From Podarcis erhardii (taxonomy: Eukaryota): a stretch of 64,000 bases of DNA. The notes under the pieces are model-generated. The model was not told the DNA's origin. It saw only the letters and a program-made list of their open reading frames with translations, and made no database searches. Position 1 is the first letter of the stretch. Each line of letters begins with the position of its first letter. Of this stretch, positions 24,547 to 37,720 are shown piece after piece. The stretch lies in NCBI GenBank assembly GCA_964252035.1, contig OZ176216.1. The stretch is one strand, 5' to 3'. A program made the position numbers and the translations under genes.

Positions 24547-25439
24547 GAATCATTATGGTCCATGACAGAGAGCATTCTTTGTTGTATTGGTGTACAGCTC
24601 AAACCCCACAATTGAATGACACCCCACCTTAGCTGGGTCACATCAGTGGCACCACCGTCATTTTATTCCGCAAATAAAAAATTGAAAAGGGAATTTAAAG
24701 TCTATACCAGGGTGGTGGAAAGTATTTTTAACTCAACCAGTTAGTTGACTTGTTTTAGAAACATGGCTTTAATCTGAGTTTAAATGCACTTTGCAAAAAT
24801 GGAAAGGATCAACTGGATTTGTGCATACAGTCTGCCACTGCTTTCAGTTTGTGTCACGTTCCCCCACCATGCAGACAGGTATATGGCCAAACGGGTAAAA
24901 TGTGTGTATTTTCACTGGGTTTCCCTGGATTCCATGCAAGCAAAATGAAATGGCAGCACAAACGGACTGAAAAACGCATCCATCGCACAGATGAAGAATA
25001 ATTAAAATTCACAAGACAAACACCACATTGAACACGCATTTCTTTTAAAGGTCATAGCTTGGGCAAAACAGTGACCTTGCTTCTGTTTTTATGTTGAACT
25101 TTGGGAAAGCAGGAGCCTTTCCAGATAATGAAAAAAGTAATACATTTTAGTGCTTTAATAACATTGGTGATGACTGTGGCCCAAATTTCCATCCCCTTGG
25201 AATGCTTTTTGGAGTGGGGGGGAGGGGGAGTAGATAATCTTGTTTTTGTTTTAAAGGGCCACACCTATGCTCCAGCACTTGAGCATGGGAGAGTTTGGCC
25301 TTTACATTTTGCTTTAAAAAAAGATCACAGGTGGGGCAACCAGGACTACATGCAGTGTTTATTTTTACTTTGAATGGTAGATAAAATGTTATTGCATAGG
25401 TATCTGCTGGACAGTGTTTCTGACCTTTCTGGTATAAGC

Positions 25440-25640
25440 ATCACATTCTCCTTGTCTTATAATACTAGAACAGGAGGTCATCAAATGGAACTAACTGGCA
25501 GTAGGGTCAGGACAGACACAAGGGAGACTTTCTTCACACAGGGCATCATTCCCTTAGGGAATTCGCTGATGCAAGACAGGACATCGCCCACTAGCTTAGA
25601 TAGTTTTAAAAGAGAAATTTGACCAGTATATGAATTATTA
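25440..25640 (+). mobile_element. Old CR1 3' fragment
   Basis: actagaacaggaggtcatcaaatggaactaactggcagtagggtcaggacagac...ttcttcacaca...ttttaaaagag. Confidence 0.6.
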
Positions 25641-26374
25641 GTCTATATGTGTCTACTCAGATTCAGAGCTTCATGGCTCCTTCATGTTTAATGGCACAAA
25701 AAGGGAAAGGTTTAGTGGCACAGACAGCTATTTCCTTATTGGCATGTTAGTGGGCTTCCCAGAAGCATCTGGGTTTGGTGATCTGATCCAGCAGGGCTCT
25801 TCGTTTGCTTTTAAATCTCCCAGCTATACGTTTTCCCAGGGACAGAATTCTGCATCTGGACCATTGGGGTGATGTGCTTTCCACACAGCAGAAGCATTCC
25901 CTTAGGAAAAGATGTCTGAGTCCTACACACCCGGGACAAAGGTCTCCTGCACAAGCATCACTGAAATTTGTGGCAGTAGCACAAAGAGCACGACCATCCA
26001 TGTTGATTTCAGTTGGGCTGGCTTGCAAAGGGCAACTTCCCTGGGGATTCTGACCTTATTGTGATCTGCAGCTTTTCCTCTGGCTAGCAAACAATGGCAG
26101 TCTGCTTTGGTTCTGCAGCACTTGATCTGTTCCTCCCCCCCCTTCCCCCCAGCTCATGCTTAGCTCTTCAAATTGTGACCTAATCCTTCCAGCTCCGTAC
26201 CCACTTTGTTTACCCAAAAGGTGCCGGCAACATCTGCATGGCATAAAACATCCCCCCCTTCCAAAGTGCATATTAAATCAGCCAGAGTGAGTTTAATTAT
26301 CATTCGCCAGGCCCTTCCATTTTAATTTTCATCAGTGTGAAATGATATGGCACAGCCTGGATGCCCTCCATAAA

Positions 26375-26376
26375 CA

Positions 26377-26409
<33 letters not shown>
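26375..26409. repeat. Alternating purine-pyrimidine tract (CG)n(CA)n
   Basis: catgcgcgcgcgcacacacacacacacacacacac. Confidence 0.95.
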
Positions 26410-26410
<1 letters not shown>

Positions 26411-26986
26411 TCTACCCGCCTCCTGTTCTTTAATCAGTTCTAAAACTTTTGTTTCTCTTTGGCACAAATTTGTGAAAACAGAACATGGTGGGCATTCAAG
26501 ATGTTGTTTGCAAACCATGATGGCAGGAGGAGGGAGGGACCAGCTGCTGCCATTTCTCTTTATTTAAATTTGTAAGCCTTCCCTTCATTGTACCAGGACA
26601 GGTTACAGCAGAACATCAAACATCAAACAATATAAACTTAAAACAGCCACTCAAGCCATCCTTAGTACAGCATGCAATACTAGTGTAGCAGGTGAGCACA
26701 CAAATAGCAGCTGGCCACATTGCCTAACCTCCTCCAAAAGCCTGGATAAAAAAAAGATTCCTCTTTAACAGGCACCGAAACTCAAGTAGGCTCAATACCA
26801 GAATCCTCTCTAAATGGTCTTTCTTGTGCCAACATGCCATGCACTTCCCCTTATGGTGGAACCACAAGAAGAACCTCTCAATCTGATCTCAGTACATGAG
26901 CAGGTTGACAGAAAGGTGATCCTTCAGGAATTTGGGTTTTAAGGTAAAAGGCTTTATTATATGGCAAGGATAACATGCTGAATTAG

Positions 26987-27308
26987 TTTAGAGAAGAACA
27001 GACTGAGAGGGGATATGATAGCCTTCTTTAGATCTTTTAAGGGTTGTCATGTGAACGATGGAGCAAGCTACTCCAGAGGGTAGGACCTGATGCAATGGAT
27101 TCAAATTACAACAAAGGAGATTCTGGCTAAACACTAGGAAGAACTTTCTGATGTTAAGACCTGTTCAGCAGTAGAATGGACTACCTACGAAGGACTCTGC
27201 TTCCTTGGAGGTTTTTAAGCAGAGAATGGATGGCTATCTGTCAGGAATTCTTTAGCTGTGATTGCAGGGGTTTGGACGACCCTTGGGGTTCCTTCCAAGT
27301 CTCTGAAT
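26987..27308 (+). mobile_element. CR1 LINE 3' fragment
   Basis: tttagagaagaacagactgagaggggatatgatagcc...gcaatggattcaaattacaa...aggaagaactttctga...ccttggaggtttttaagcagag...ccttccaa. Confidence 0.85.
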
Positions 27309-27379
27309 TGGGATCAGAAGCATATAGACAAGTAGTGCAGGTTCTTCAGGACTTACATTCTATGGTCCTGCCTATTGGT

Positions 27380-27700
27380 AGTAGTCAGCAGTCTTACATC
27401 TGCTTTCTGGACTAGTTAGCAGCTTCAGGACAATCTTCAAGGGTAGCCTTACATAGAGCACATTACAGTCCTCCAGTCAGGAGGTTAGTAGAGTGGGGAT
27501 TACCATCCAGGAACAGCCAAAGCTAATAGTAGGCACTCCTTGCACAAAGGTCACTCGGGCTTCCAGTTAAAAGAGTTGGCTCCAGGAGCACCTCTAGACT
27601 ACAAATCTGTTCTTTCAAGGCAGGTGCGACTCTATCCAGAACATACAATCTATTTAATTCCTGGACCAGAGAACTACCAATCCACATCTGTTATGCAGGA
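27380..27700 (-). mobile_element. Decayed L2 fragment
   Basis: gggtagccttacatagagcacattacagtcctccagtcaggagg is the antisense of the L2 SRLDYCNAL-type region. Confidence 0.4.
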
Positions 27701-27774
27701 TAGATTAGGCTGGTCTTCATCTTCCTGTCTCCATGCAGTGTGGGCATCATAGGAATTCAGGAAGCTATCTTCTA

Positions 27775-27875
27775 GCAAGTCAGATCATTGGTCCATCCAG
27801 CTCAGTATTGCCTACACTGACTGGCAGCAGCTCAGGTTTCAGACTGAAGATCTTCCCCAGCCCTTTTTCAGTCCA
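27775..27875 (-). mobile_element. tRNA-derived squamate SINE fragment (same family as the 10598 host), antisense
   Basis: agtcagatcattggtccatccagctcagtattgcctacactgactggcagcagctc is the reverse complement of the family body. Confidence 0.75.
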
Positions 27876-30252
27876 TAGGGAGCATCCTCCACAAGCATAG
27901 CATTGGGAAAAGTCTGTCTCTCCTGAGCCTTGTAACGATAAGGCTTCCCCACTCAGCTGGTCATTCATGAATAAAAATTAAAACACTTAAAAATACACAC
28001 ATTTGAATGTTTCCCTCTCCCTCTTTCACCCTGCCGTGACAAGGGGAGGATTTTATGTTGTCACATGACTGGCTTCAGGCTGTCCTGAAATGCCCTGGAT
28101 TAGCCCAGTCATATTTGCTGGTATTTTGACTTAGAGTATTGTATACCAGGTTGAACAGATGTTTAACCAGTTACTTCCAAGGCGTGACAGCAACATTATT
28201 AAATGCTGAGCTGTTGAAATGGTTGGGAAGAAGTTTGGTGTTGCCCTACTAAAATCTCACTGGTAGTCATTTCACTGGGAAGAGGGGGAAGTTGGGACCT
28301 CCCACCCACTCAGGGATGTTCCAGGTCCCCTTTCAGAGTTTTTAGCTTTAAGTTTAAAAGCAAAAAAACCCCCAAACTTCCAGGACTTGATCCCCTCCCT
28401 TAACATATTCAGTAACAGTGCTGAGGTACCAGTGACAGATCCAACAGCAGACACTAAGGGTCTCTCTCACATACCAGCCTGGTGGGCAGATGGGAGCACA
28501 GCTGGCGCGCATGAGCCCAATGAAGGGCAGGTACATGAAGCGGACTTAAATGGCCCTAAGCTGGGGGGGGGGACTATGGGTGGAAGAGGAAAGGTTGGGC
28601 TGAGAAACCCAAGACTCACCACTAGGTTCTTTCCCAAGGGAGGAGCCCCTCACTCCCACTAACCCAGCCACCAGGGGTTCTTGACTTTAAGCCTCGTGGT
28701 GCCAAGGCTGAGGAGAGACTGCAGCTACCCAAAAGCCTCATAGTGTGAGACTTGAAGTAACCCCCTCAGGAGCTCCAGTTTCCAGGTAAAGATTCCTGAG
28801 GAGTTAACAGCCACCATCTTTCTTCAGAGACAGAAATTCAGACGGTCCCACGGTCACCACAAGGGGGAACAAAAACCCACCAAAAGGGCAGCCTGCCTGG
28901 ACCCTGAGGAGCCACCCTGCGGTTCTGTCACGTGGAAGGTTGCTGAACCAAGCCACAAAGTGGGAGGGATTTGGTGCGAAGACAGGGAAGCTGGAGCTGC
29001 AGGTGCCATGGACTTTTTAGGCAGGGGCAGCTATGTTGGTGCTTCAGTGAAGCTGCCAGTTTAATTTTTCTGTGCCCTTGAAGACTGGGGTGGGAAGGGA
29101 CATTACAAATATTCAGGTAAATGGAAATGCAGCTGGTGGGGCTAAAGGGGCAGGATTCAGCGTCATCCACTGAGGGGGCGTTCCATCTAGTCAGGATTTG
29201 GTTAAAGAGTGCTTTACTTGTATCAGTAGAGAAACTAATGAGTGATTTCAAATGAGATTTGCACAACCCTGAGCAATTTTGAAAATCCTCCTCCTTATTG
29301 GTTCTGATTAGTTTTCTGTGCTGTTCTTCAACTACCCATGTAAGTGCTTGTTAAGTTTTCCCTAAATGCCCAGGATTGGTGGTAATAAGAGGTTTTACAA
29401 GCATTTTCTGCTTAAGCCTTTTATAGCTGCCTGGCAGCTTGATAGGAAATTTCCCGTAGCTGTAAATGCAACATCATTAAAAGCTCATAATATAAAGGGT
29501 TATCATGAAATAAAAGGTGGTAGTAAATCTCTGCACTAAATCAAACTGTTGTGTGGCAGGCTTTGATCTTAGACGCCTGGCTGTTCTGGGCCCTAAATCA
29601 GCCTAGTTAGCATCAAGCATTTGTTGCTGGTTGTGTATCATAGGCTGGCTCTTACAGTTCTCTTTGGCCAGAACTGTATGTCTATGACCACAAAATGTGA
29701 AACATGAATTCATTGAGGCCGGTTTCCCCACTTGCCCCACTTCTCATTAACAGTCTCAGTGACTGGGAAGAGAGATGGGGAGATGTGGGCCTTCTCTCCT
29801 TTGCAGCAGCTTCACATCATCTCTCTATCCACTCAGGGTCTGATCCTGAGGGTCTTCTGCAGATCAAATCAGGAAATGTCCTACAAGCGACATCTAGAAA
29901 TTTGCACTGTCACCAGATTTTGTATTACCTGGATTGGAACTTCAGTATTAGGAGGCCAGCAATCTGAGTCCTGAAAGTTCATCTTCAGTTTGGTTAAAAA
30001 TCTGCGCCAGGGAAGAATTTCAAGTTCTTCTTTCCTAACCCATTCACCCACTTTTCTTCCTCGATGCTCCAGGTGTGATGGAATGAAGGGAGGGATTTCC
30101 TTCTAGCAAGTGGGATGTTGCCAATGGCTGCATGCCAGGCACTGGGAAATCTTGTCCCTTTCCCCATAAGCCCTTGCTGCCTCCTTCGTACCCCCTTTCA
30201 TAATGTTGCCCAGACAAGGAAGGGCTGCAGCTATCATCCCAAAAGTGTAGAG

Positions 30253-30389
30253 AAGGCTTCCTCAAACTCACCCCTCCAGGTGTTTTTTGGCCTACAACTC
30301 CCATGATCTCTAGCTAGCAGGACCAGTTGTCAGGGATGATGGGAATTGTAGTCTCAAAACATCTGGAAGGGCGAGTTTGAGGAAGCCTG
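30253..30389. mobile_element. hAT MITE with 16-bp TIR and 8-bp TSD
   Basis: AGGCTTCCTCAAACTC (30254-30269) / GAGTTTGAGGAAGCCT (30373-30388); TSD GTGTAGAG on both sides. Confidence 0.9.
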
Positions 30390-32341
30390 GTGTAGAGGCT
30401 ATTAGCAGGTGTGTGGCTCCTTTGAATCTAAAGCAGACTCAGAATTTTAAAGGGATGCATTTATATACATTTTTGGAATTTATTTCTAAATTTCTGTTTT
30501 TTAATCTGGCCCATTCCAAACGGGGCCAGGAAGTCCACCCCTCATTTCTTCTCACAGTTCCCTTAGAGGAACCCAGAGGTGCAGCTGCTGGGAGACTTTC
30601 CATGAACTATGATTCACAGAAGCCAAGCAGCACAAATGGAAGCACAGGTGCATGGCGAGTGGAAAGAGGGTTGTCCCGCTGGAGGACTGGGGTCAAATGA
30701 ATCGCATGCCCAGCCTGTTTTGCTTCCAAGGCATCTTGGTGCCTCCGAGTGTTTGCTGTTGCCTGGTGAGCATTGCAAGTTGGGTAAAATCTATCAGCAA
30801 AGTGGCAGTGACCCTTTGCTAAGTGGCAACCTCTTATGGGGAACCATGAAAAGCTGGTCAGGGAAATGGCCCAAAATGTGTGGTGGCGGTGGTTTTAGGC
30901 TGCAAATATCTGACATAGGCAACTGCGAGCCAGTGGGCTAGTAATGCTAATGGCAGCAGCAGATAACTTTTCTATCCAGCTGTTCACCACAAAACAATGT
31001 TAAATAATATTTAGGCCACCTGTACTATTTATGCTGTGGCTGTTGTGCATTGATTTCCCCACCCGTTAGGAATTTTCACGTTTTTGGCTACAGTTCTTCA
31101 TAGTCTGAACCTCCACATGCTTCCCAATTGTTTTCTCCCTCAAATCTGGAAAACCTGGGCAACTGCTTTTCAGTCCCCATGGGCCATCTACTAGTGAGAG
31201 GGTGAGAGAAAAGGATGTGGAGGCTGGGAAGAAAACCCCCCAACCCAACCAGACCCCAGGGAATTCTTGCTTGCACGCTCCCTTCTTTTGAGGCCTCTGT
31301 TCTTGTCAGCCCCTGTGCCTGGAATACCAGAGTAGGCTCTCTAATGATGACCTCATTATGCGTGCCACTACTGAGCCCAAAATGCACTAATTTCCTGACC
31401 CGGTGAAATATATTTTAATAAGCTTGATCTAGAGCAGCGTTTAAAGACAAAGGGAAACACTTAACGTGGCTGTCAAAATAAAGCACTCTTGGGCAGATGT
31501 TAAAAATGTTAATAGGATTAATCCATCAGAAGCACCCAGGAGAGCCTGCCCTGTTTGTATACCTCTATTTGGCATTTTAAAGCACAGGGTTAAACTATTT
31601 CTTTGGAGAGAGAAAGAGAGGGGGAAATGGATTAAATTTTGAGGTCGTGCAATTTTTCTTAAATTAGTTTATAGCTTGCTGTGCTGCCCAGTAATGCCTA
31701 TATTTGATTCTATGGATTTTTAGTGCTTACCGTGGGATCTTCAATCAAACCCAGTTACCCAGGCAAGTTCATTACACTTAAAAGTTTTTTAGACCACCTC
31801 TTCCTCCCCCACCCCCGAACTTTTTAGTAGAATTCTGTCTCTCTTGATGCAACGATGGACATCTCTGTTGTGCTTTTAATAATCTCTGTAAAACATTCCT
31901 GGCTTTGTGTACTTTTGTTTCAATGGGAAATGGAACAAATACTCACCGGGGCACTAGGAAGATTTGCGCTGACAGCATCCTTTTTTGGGTTGTGCCCAAA
32001 GTGAGATTTGCCATGGGCTGCATCTGTGACATACAGGCGCAGAACGCAACGAGAAGTTCCATCGTGTCACTCATGGTATTTAACATTTCATGAAATGGCT
32101 GGATGAGATCATCCAGACGTGCAATGTCTGGAGTGCGGCATCATCTGTAGATCAGTCATACCCAATTCTAACTCTCCCTTTCATCTGACCCTGGGAATAC
32201 AGTGTGAATTCTAAATAGGGGCCTTAAGTCAGCCGTGAATTAGATGAGTGTGAGCAAAATTTGAAAAGACACATGTATTGTTAGCTGGGCCGATGCTGGA
32301 GATATGTACCTTTATTGGACAGGGTTGTACTTCCCCTAAAG

Positions 32342-32546
32342 CAGAGCTTCCAAACTTTTCATGTTGGTGACATGCTTTTTTAGATATGCATCATTTTGCA
32401 ACATAATAATTCAGTTTTACTAGCAAACTGGAGGTTAACCTAACCCCTTTCCAGCCCCGGGAGGAGCGTGGGGAGCGTTCGCACAAGAGGCCTATACAAA
32501 GCAACCGGCACACTAATGTGTCACAACGCACAGTTTGGAAAGCTTG
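32342..32546. mobile_element. hAT MITE with 8-bp TSD
   Basis: Ends cagagcttccaaac / gtttggaaagcttg; TSD CCCTAAAG at 32334-32341 and 32547-32554. Confidence 0.85.
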
Positions 32547-32609
32547 CCCTAAAGAATGGTTTCCAGCTTATCTGTGATTTGGGTTTGGCAATGCTCTTTG
32601 ATCAAGGAG

Positions 32610-32785
32610 CATAAGCTCACAGGTAGGAATATCTGCTTTGTGTGCAAAAGGTGCCAAGTTCAAACCCCAGGGAAGACTGGGAGAAACCCCGCTGTAGTCC
32701 TGGAGAGCTGCTGCCAGTCAGTGTCAAAAATAGTGACTTGGATGGACACAATGGTCTGACTCAGTGTCAGCCATATTCTTATGCC
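32610..32785 (+). mobile_element. tRNA-derived squamate SINE (decayed)
   Basis: atctgctttgtgtgcaaaaggtgccaagttcaaacccc...ctggagagctgctgccagtcagtgt...ggatggacacaatggtctgactcagt. Confidence 0.75.
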
Positions 32786-32799
32786 AGATGCCCCAGTAG

Positions 32800-32950
32800 T
32801 GACTTTGACCAATATTGAGCTCTTTCCCAGAGAGGATTCACCTAGAGCCATGGTAATTCATGCTTTGGTGATGTCCAGATTGGATTTGCAGCATTCTCAG
32901 TGTGGGGCTACCCTTGAAGACTTATCAAATCTCCAAACTAGTTCAGTATT
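32800..32950 (+). mobile_element. L2 ORF2 C-terminal fragment
   Basis: Translates AMVIHALVMSRLD, compare L2 TVVHALVTSRLDYCN. Confidence 0.6.
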
Positions 32951-34619
32951 TAGCTCCCCATGTTGACTGGGGAAGGCCCCGGAGATTGCATTACGCCAGT
33001 TTTGAAACAAGTTCATTAACTTCTAGTTGGCTTCTTGGCTTAGTGGAAGGTGCTGGGTTTGAACTTTAAAATGGGTGAGAAACCCCTTTTCAGCCCAGAG
33101 GCTGGATAAAGAACTGGCTCACCCTCCGCAAGCTATTTTTGACTGGGTTCAGGCTTGAGTATTCATTGATTGCCAAAATGCAGACCTTGCAGGCATCCTC
33201 TGACTCTCTAGTTTAACTTTCCCCCTCCTGGTGCCCATCACCCCCAGCGAGCACAGCCTTGTTGGCACAGGCTCATGGGATTTGTAGTCCAAAACATCTG
33301 GAGTACACCTAGTCCTGCTTTAGAGGCACCATGATCCAATGAGGAGGATTTCATTTGTTTATTTATAGTCAAACCTGAGAAAATCAGATTTTGAATTGTA
33401 GCTCAACTATGAATTCTCTGGAGAGTTTTGATCAAATTCATGCCTTCCTGACCTTTGTTTCCCTTCTGTACCGTGTGAACAGCTACCTATCCCTGTAGAT
33501 GATAGTTGGGATGGAAGAGGCAAGGGTTCTGTGTGTTAAAGCATAGCCACAGTCCTTGTGTTACATGGGTAACTTCTGTGAGGAGTGCATGCATCACACG
33601 CCATAGTTATTAGTTATAACTCTTGCAATGGCAGTTTTAATATTACATCCGCAAAAATTTACAGCTCTTCTGGAGCTGTGTGGATTACTGATCGGGGGGA
33701 GAAAGAAACCAGCAGTGGTATTTCATGTTCACCCAAGGATTGTAAATCAATATACAAGTTTTTAAAGTAAATGGCTCATAATAATATTACACCCCAGACA
33801 TTTCCTGCTTTTGCCTTTTCCAAACGTAGCCTCAGCCTGGCCCAGTTAAAGGAATCATGAAAGAGAGTCTCTATTTGCAGGAACAGCTGGGAGCCTCTTA
33901 ACTCTTTTTCCAGGCTGATCAAAGGGATTGGAAACTATGTTTGGGGGGGGGGAAAGGTTATCAAAATTTCCTTTTGCTTTATTTCTCTCTGTTCAGCCTA
34001 AAGACAGTTGTTGAATTCTTGGCTTTACAATATTTTGACCTAGGTATTGTACGAACCTAACCACAGACTTGTATTTTGAAGACTACATATTCTGCAAAGG
34101 GAGGGGAAGTGCTTTTTAAAAGGATAAAATCAATGATACTGTTGGTGCTTTCCTCATCCTTGTGCATCTTCCTTTAGATGAACTTTTAGAACACTTTCCT
34201 GAGCATTGTCTCTTCTGGTTTCTTTTCATGTGGCACCTATGAAAGGCCTTAGGCTGTGAATTCAGTACATCACATTCCACTTTGCTTAATTCCCTTCAAG
34301 CCTATTGGTCACTAAAGGGCAATCCGAACTAAGCCACAGACTTGGCACTTAAATTGGGCACGCATAAAAATGATTTGCTCTTTCCATTTTTCCTCCTGAA
34401 GCCCAAGCCTGTCTGAATGAAACCTTTGTCATCACATTTAATCCCTGTTTGAGAACATAATGGCAAGGTAAGTTTTAATGCCATACAGGTGTTTTGCCTT
34501 TTTAGAGCCAGCAATCTGGTGCTTTTGTTCAGTCCCCTGTTTCTTAGGCTTTTAAAAGAATGGAATTATTAAATTGCCACTCCCTCAAACAAGCTGATAA
34601 AAAAGTGACCTCATAACAC

Positions 34620-34745
34620 ACCTAAAGGGGTGATGGGCTTTCCTTCACTGGAGGTTTCCTAGAGGAGAGCTGTAGCTCTTGACCACCTTCCTCCAGCAGC
34701 AGATCAGATTAGATGACCTGTAAGAACCCCTTCAGCTCAAGAAAC
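34620..34745 (+). mobile_element. CR1 3' fragment
   Basis: gtgatgggctttccttcactggaggtttc...attagatgacctgtaagaaccccttcagctc. Confidence 0.55.
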
Positions 34746-37564
34746 ACCAGACACCACCCAGCCAAAGTTCAGCAGCACAGTCAGTCTCAGTGGTTTCAAT
34801 GACATACTTGAGCATTTGTTTAAATCAGGGAGTCAATTAATAATGTTTATTTAATAGTCCAAAAGAAGATATTTTATTTACAGTTTTTCTTGAAAAGCAA
34901 CAGCATAGCACCAGGCAAGCATTGCGCTGTTCCAGGTTCTTTTAAACCTGTCAAATTAAATGTGAGGTCAGAAGTGAATTAATAATGTTAATAATAATAA
35001 TCTGTCCAAAAGACTGCTTGCCTTCCCCTCATGATGTTGTTTGCGCTGTGGAGAAAGCACTTGCTTGAACAGAGCCTCTCACCAAATTGGGGCCTAAGGG
35101 CTTCTTCGTCAAAACCAGATGTGTCCTTCTCCTCAACATGGCTGTTCAAGTAGTTAGGGAACCTATTGATGCAGGAAGCATGGGGGGGGGTAGAATATTA
35201 TCTGTGAAAAATTGAACTCTAAATGCCGGCTTTAGCTCTCGCTGACAAATAAAGGCAGCATGAAATTGATCGGAATCCTGGGGGCTTTCTTGGGCAGCGC
35301 TGGAGCCCATTCAAAACATTAATTGTAAAATATCCGCTAATTGGAATGCCTAAATCCACTTTAGTGCTTTTGAATGGCTCTGGCGTCTTGTTTTTCTCCA
35401 GGCAATTAGAAGTGCAACACAGACAAAGGAGCTTGAGAGATCTGTTCAGCAGGGACAGGAGTGTCTGGGCCTTTGGATAACACACCAGGTTGCAATGGAG
35501 TCTCAGGTGTCCTCCTTCAAACTTTAATAAGCTGGCACAGCACAGGATCTGTAGGAGGGAAGTTCTTGATCAGTACTGGCTCTGCTTCCCATCCTTTGAG
35601 GGCCAGCCTTGAAGTGACAGCAGCAACATTTACACATGTCGTATCTGGGGCAGAGGTATATTTTCCTAGAAACAAGATGCTGTTTTTTGAGTGCTTGGAA
35701 ATTGTGTCCCCCCCAAAAACCTTATGATGTCCAATAGAGTGTAAAATCTGGTTGTGTCATGCTATGTGTTAGTATTTGGGTAGGAAACCCATAACATACA
35801 GATGTTGTTGATGTGGGATAGTGGCTTTTGAGTTTGTGGCAAATTTTTTACACAATTGTCCAAATGACATATTGAAAAATAAAGTAGCATCTGAGTTTTT
35901 GAGTGCAGCATTTGAATTGATTTGAGAAAAACATCATGGTTCATAAAAGGGATGTGCTCAAGATGAGGTATGGCTGTAGGGCATGGCATTTTGGGGATAA
36001 AACTTAATTTTTGCAAATTTCTTCAGAGGCGTCTTTAAAATATGTTCTTGGTTGTAAGGAAAATATGTTCTTGGGTTACTATTTTTGTGATTGGATAACA
36101 TTTAGCTTGGTAGGTCTACATTTGTCAACGAAGCACATAAACTGCTTTCAGTAATAATAATAATAATCATCATCATCATATCTAACTGCAAGTACTTTGC
36201 AATCATTTTTAATGATTTCTATACAATTTTATACACATTTTACTTACCAAATGGAATTTGAAAGTTGAAAAATTCAGCACGCCCTAGTATGGCAGCCTGT
36301 GCCCCTGGATCCATTGGGTTAGGGAAGGGAATGTAGCTCAAACCAAATTGTGTCCTTTCTTGCTGTAGGCCCCAGCCTTTCCTGATGACTCCAGTCGTAA
36401 CATTCTTAATTTTATTGAAAAGTGAGGGTGGCCCACAGGGTTTCTTTCCTCCCCCAAGTAAAGGCAAGAAGCCAGACTTGGGAAAACATTTGACTACCAC
36501 CCTCAAGCCTGATCTCCGAACTATAGCTCTGATTTATATTCTTCCAGCCTGTGCTGCAAGAGGAGCAACATGGTGCTATAACTCCCATCAACTCTACCCA
36601 GCATGGCCCAATGGCCAGCGATTTATATACGGTTTCAAATGTATAGCCCTTCCTTTCTTCCCAAGGTGAACCCAGGGCGGTTCACAAGAATAACCTTTAC
36701 CATTTGAAAGATAACTTTAATGTCTTGCAAACTGTGGTATAAAAACTCCATAAAGCTATTAGCCAAAAACCTGGATTAACATTGACAATTATAATGAAAG
36801 TCTTCTATGTGTTTCTGAATGCAGAAAACGCCTTAGTGTGATCCATAGCTGGGGTGCCTCCACTAAGAGTGCCTTATCTTGTGTCCCTGTCCCTCATGCT
36901 ATTCCTATTGATGAGACCACAAGCAGGACCTCCCCCCCCCCTGGAAATTTTGAAATGGATGGTACTTTGGTCCCAGGTTATTTAGAGCTTTGTACCCTAG
37001 TACACCTTGAACGGAGCCGGGCAGCTCACAGGATGAGAGGAGTTGTGATCCGAAACATCTGGAAGAACCTTCATATCTGGAAGAACCATATTGTGCCTTG
37101 CCATTCTATTAAAAGCACGATGCTTTCCTGGTTCTTAGGCAGCATTTAATAAATGCGCTATCCAGCCAAGCACTCCATGATTTTGGAAGGCTAGCACCAT
37201 ATTTCATATTAAGCTTTGATGATGGTTTCAGAGTGCCACAAATACCAACAGCTACACTGCTTATTTGGAGAGCATCTAAAGCTTAATTATTTGGTGGGAG
37301 TGCAGATACAGCTGCTACGGGCAGTACCCATTCACTACACCTCAAGATTTGAACTCCTTGGAGTTGCAAGTTGCAGGTGATGGTATCACACTAGGAAATA
37401 ATAATTGAAAGAAGCGTTCTGTAGTGAAGTGGGTGCTATCTACTTTCATAAAAACAGTTTGTCTCGTAGTAAGAACTGCACAAGGAAGTGTGCAACACGT
37501 TTGGAGCAGCTGTATTCTTAGGTGTGCAAGTGTGTACAAAGCAGTGTGTAAAGGCAAGGATAGG

Positions 37565-37720
37565 GCAATAGATAGACAAGTGAGGCCTGGGTTCAAATCA
37601 CCATGAACTTTACTAAGTGACTTCAGGCAGAGTTTCCATATCTTACTCACCTACCTCACAGGGTATAAGTGAAAGGTGTATTGGGAGCAGAGGAAGACCC
37701 ATGTCTGCTGCTCTCAGATC
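37565..37720 (+). mobile_element. MIR/CORE-like SINE fragment
   Basis: ggcctgggttcaaatc...aagtgacttcaggcag...ctcacctacctcacaggg. Confidence 0.5.

Noticed and set aside
27379-27532. Third UAG-dense stretch (10 TAG in 154 nt)
   Set aside because: It lies in a decayed antisense L2/CR1 patch with no adjacent exon or polyA signal. Kept as a caution that UAG clusters can arise without function.
28270-29200. GC-richer segment that might be a solo LTR
   Set aside because: No TG...CA ends, TSD, PBS or PPT could be identified.
10598-32785. Inverted pair of same-family SINEs (10598+, 27775-, 32610+) as a driver of circRNA or editing
   Set aside because: The copies are short, diverged and kilobases from the exons, so stable pairing is unlikely.
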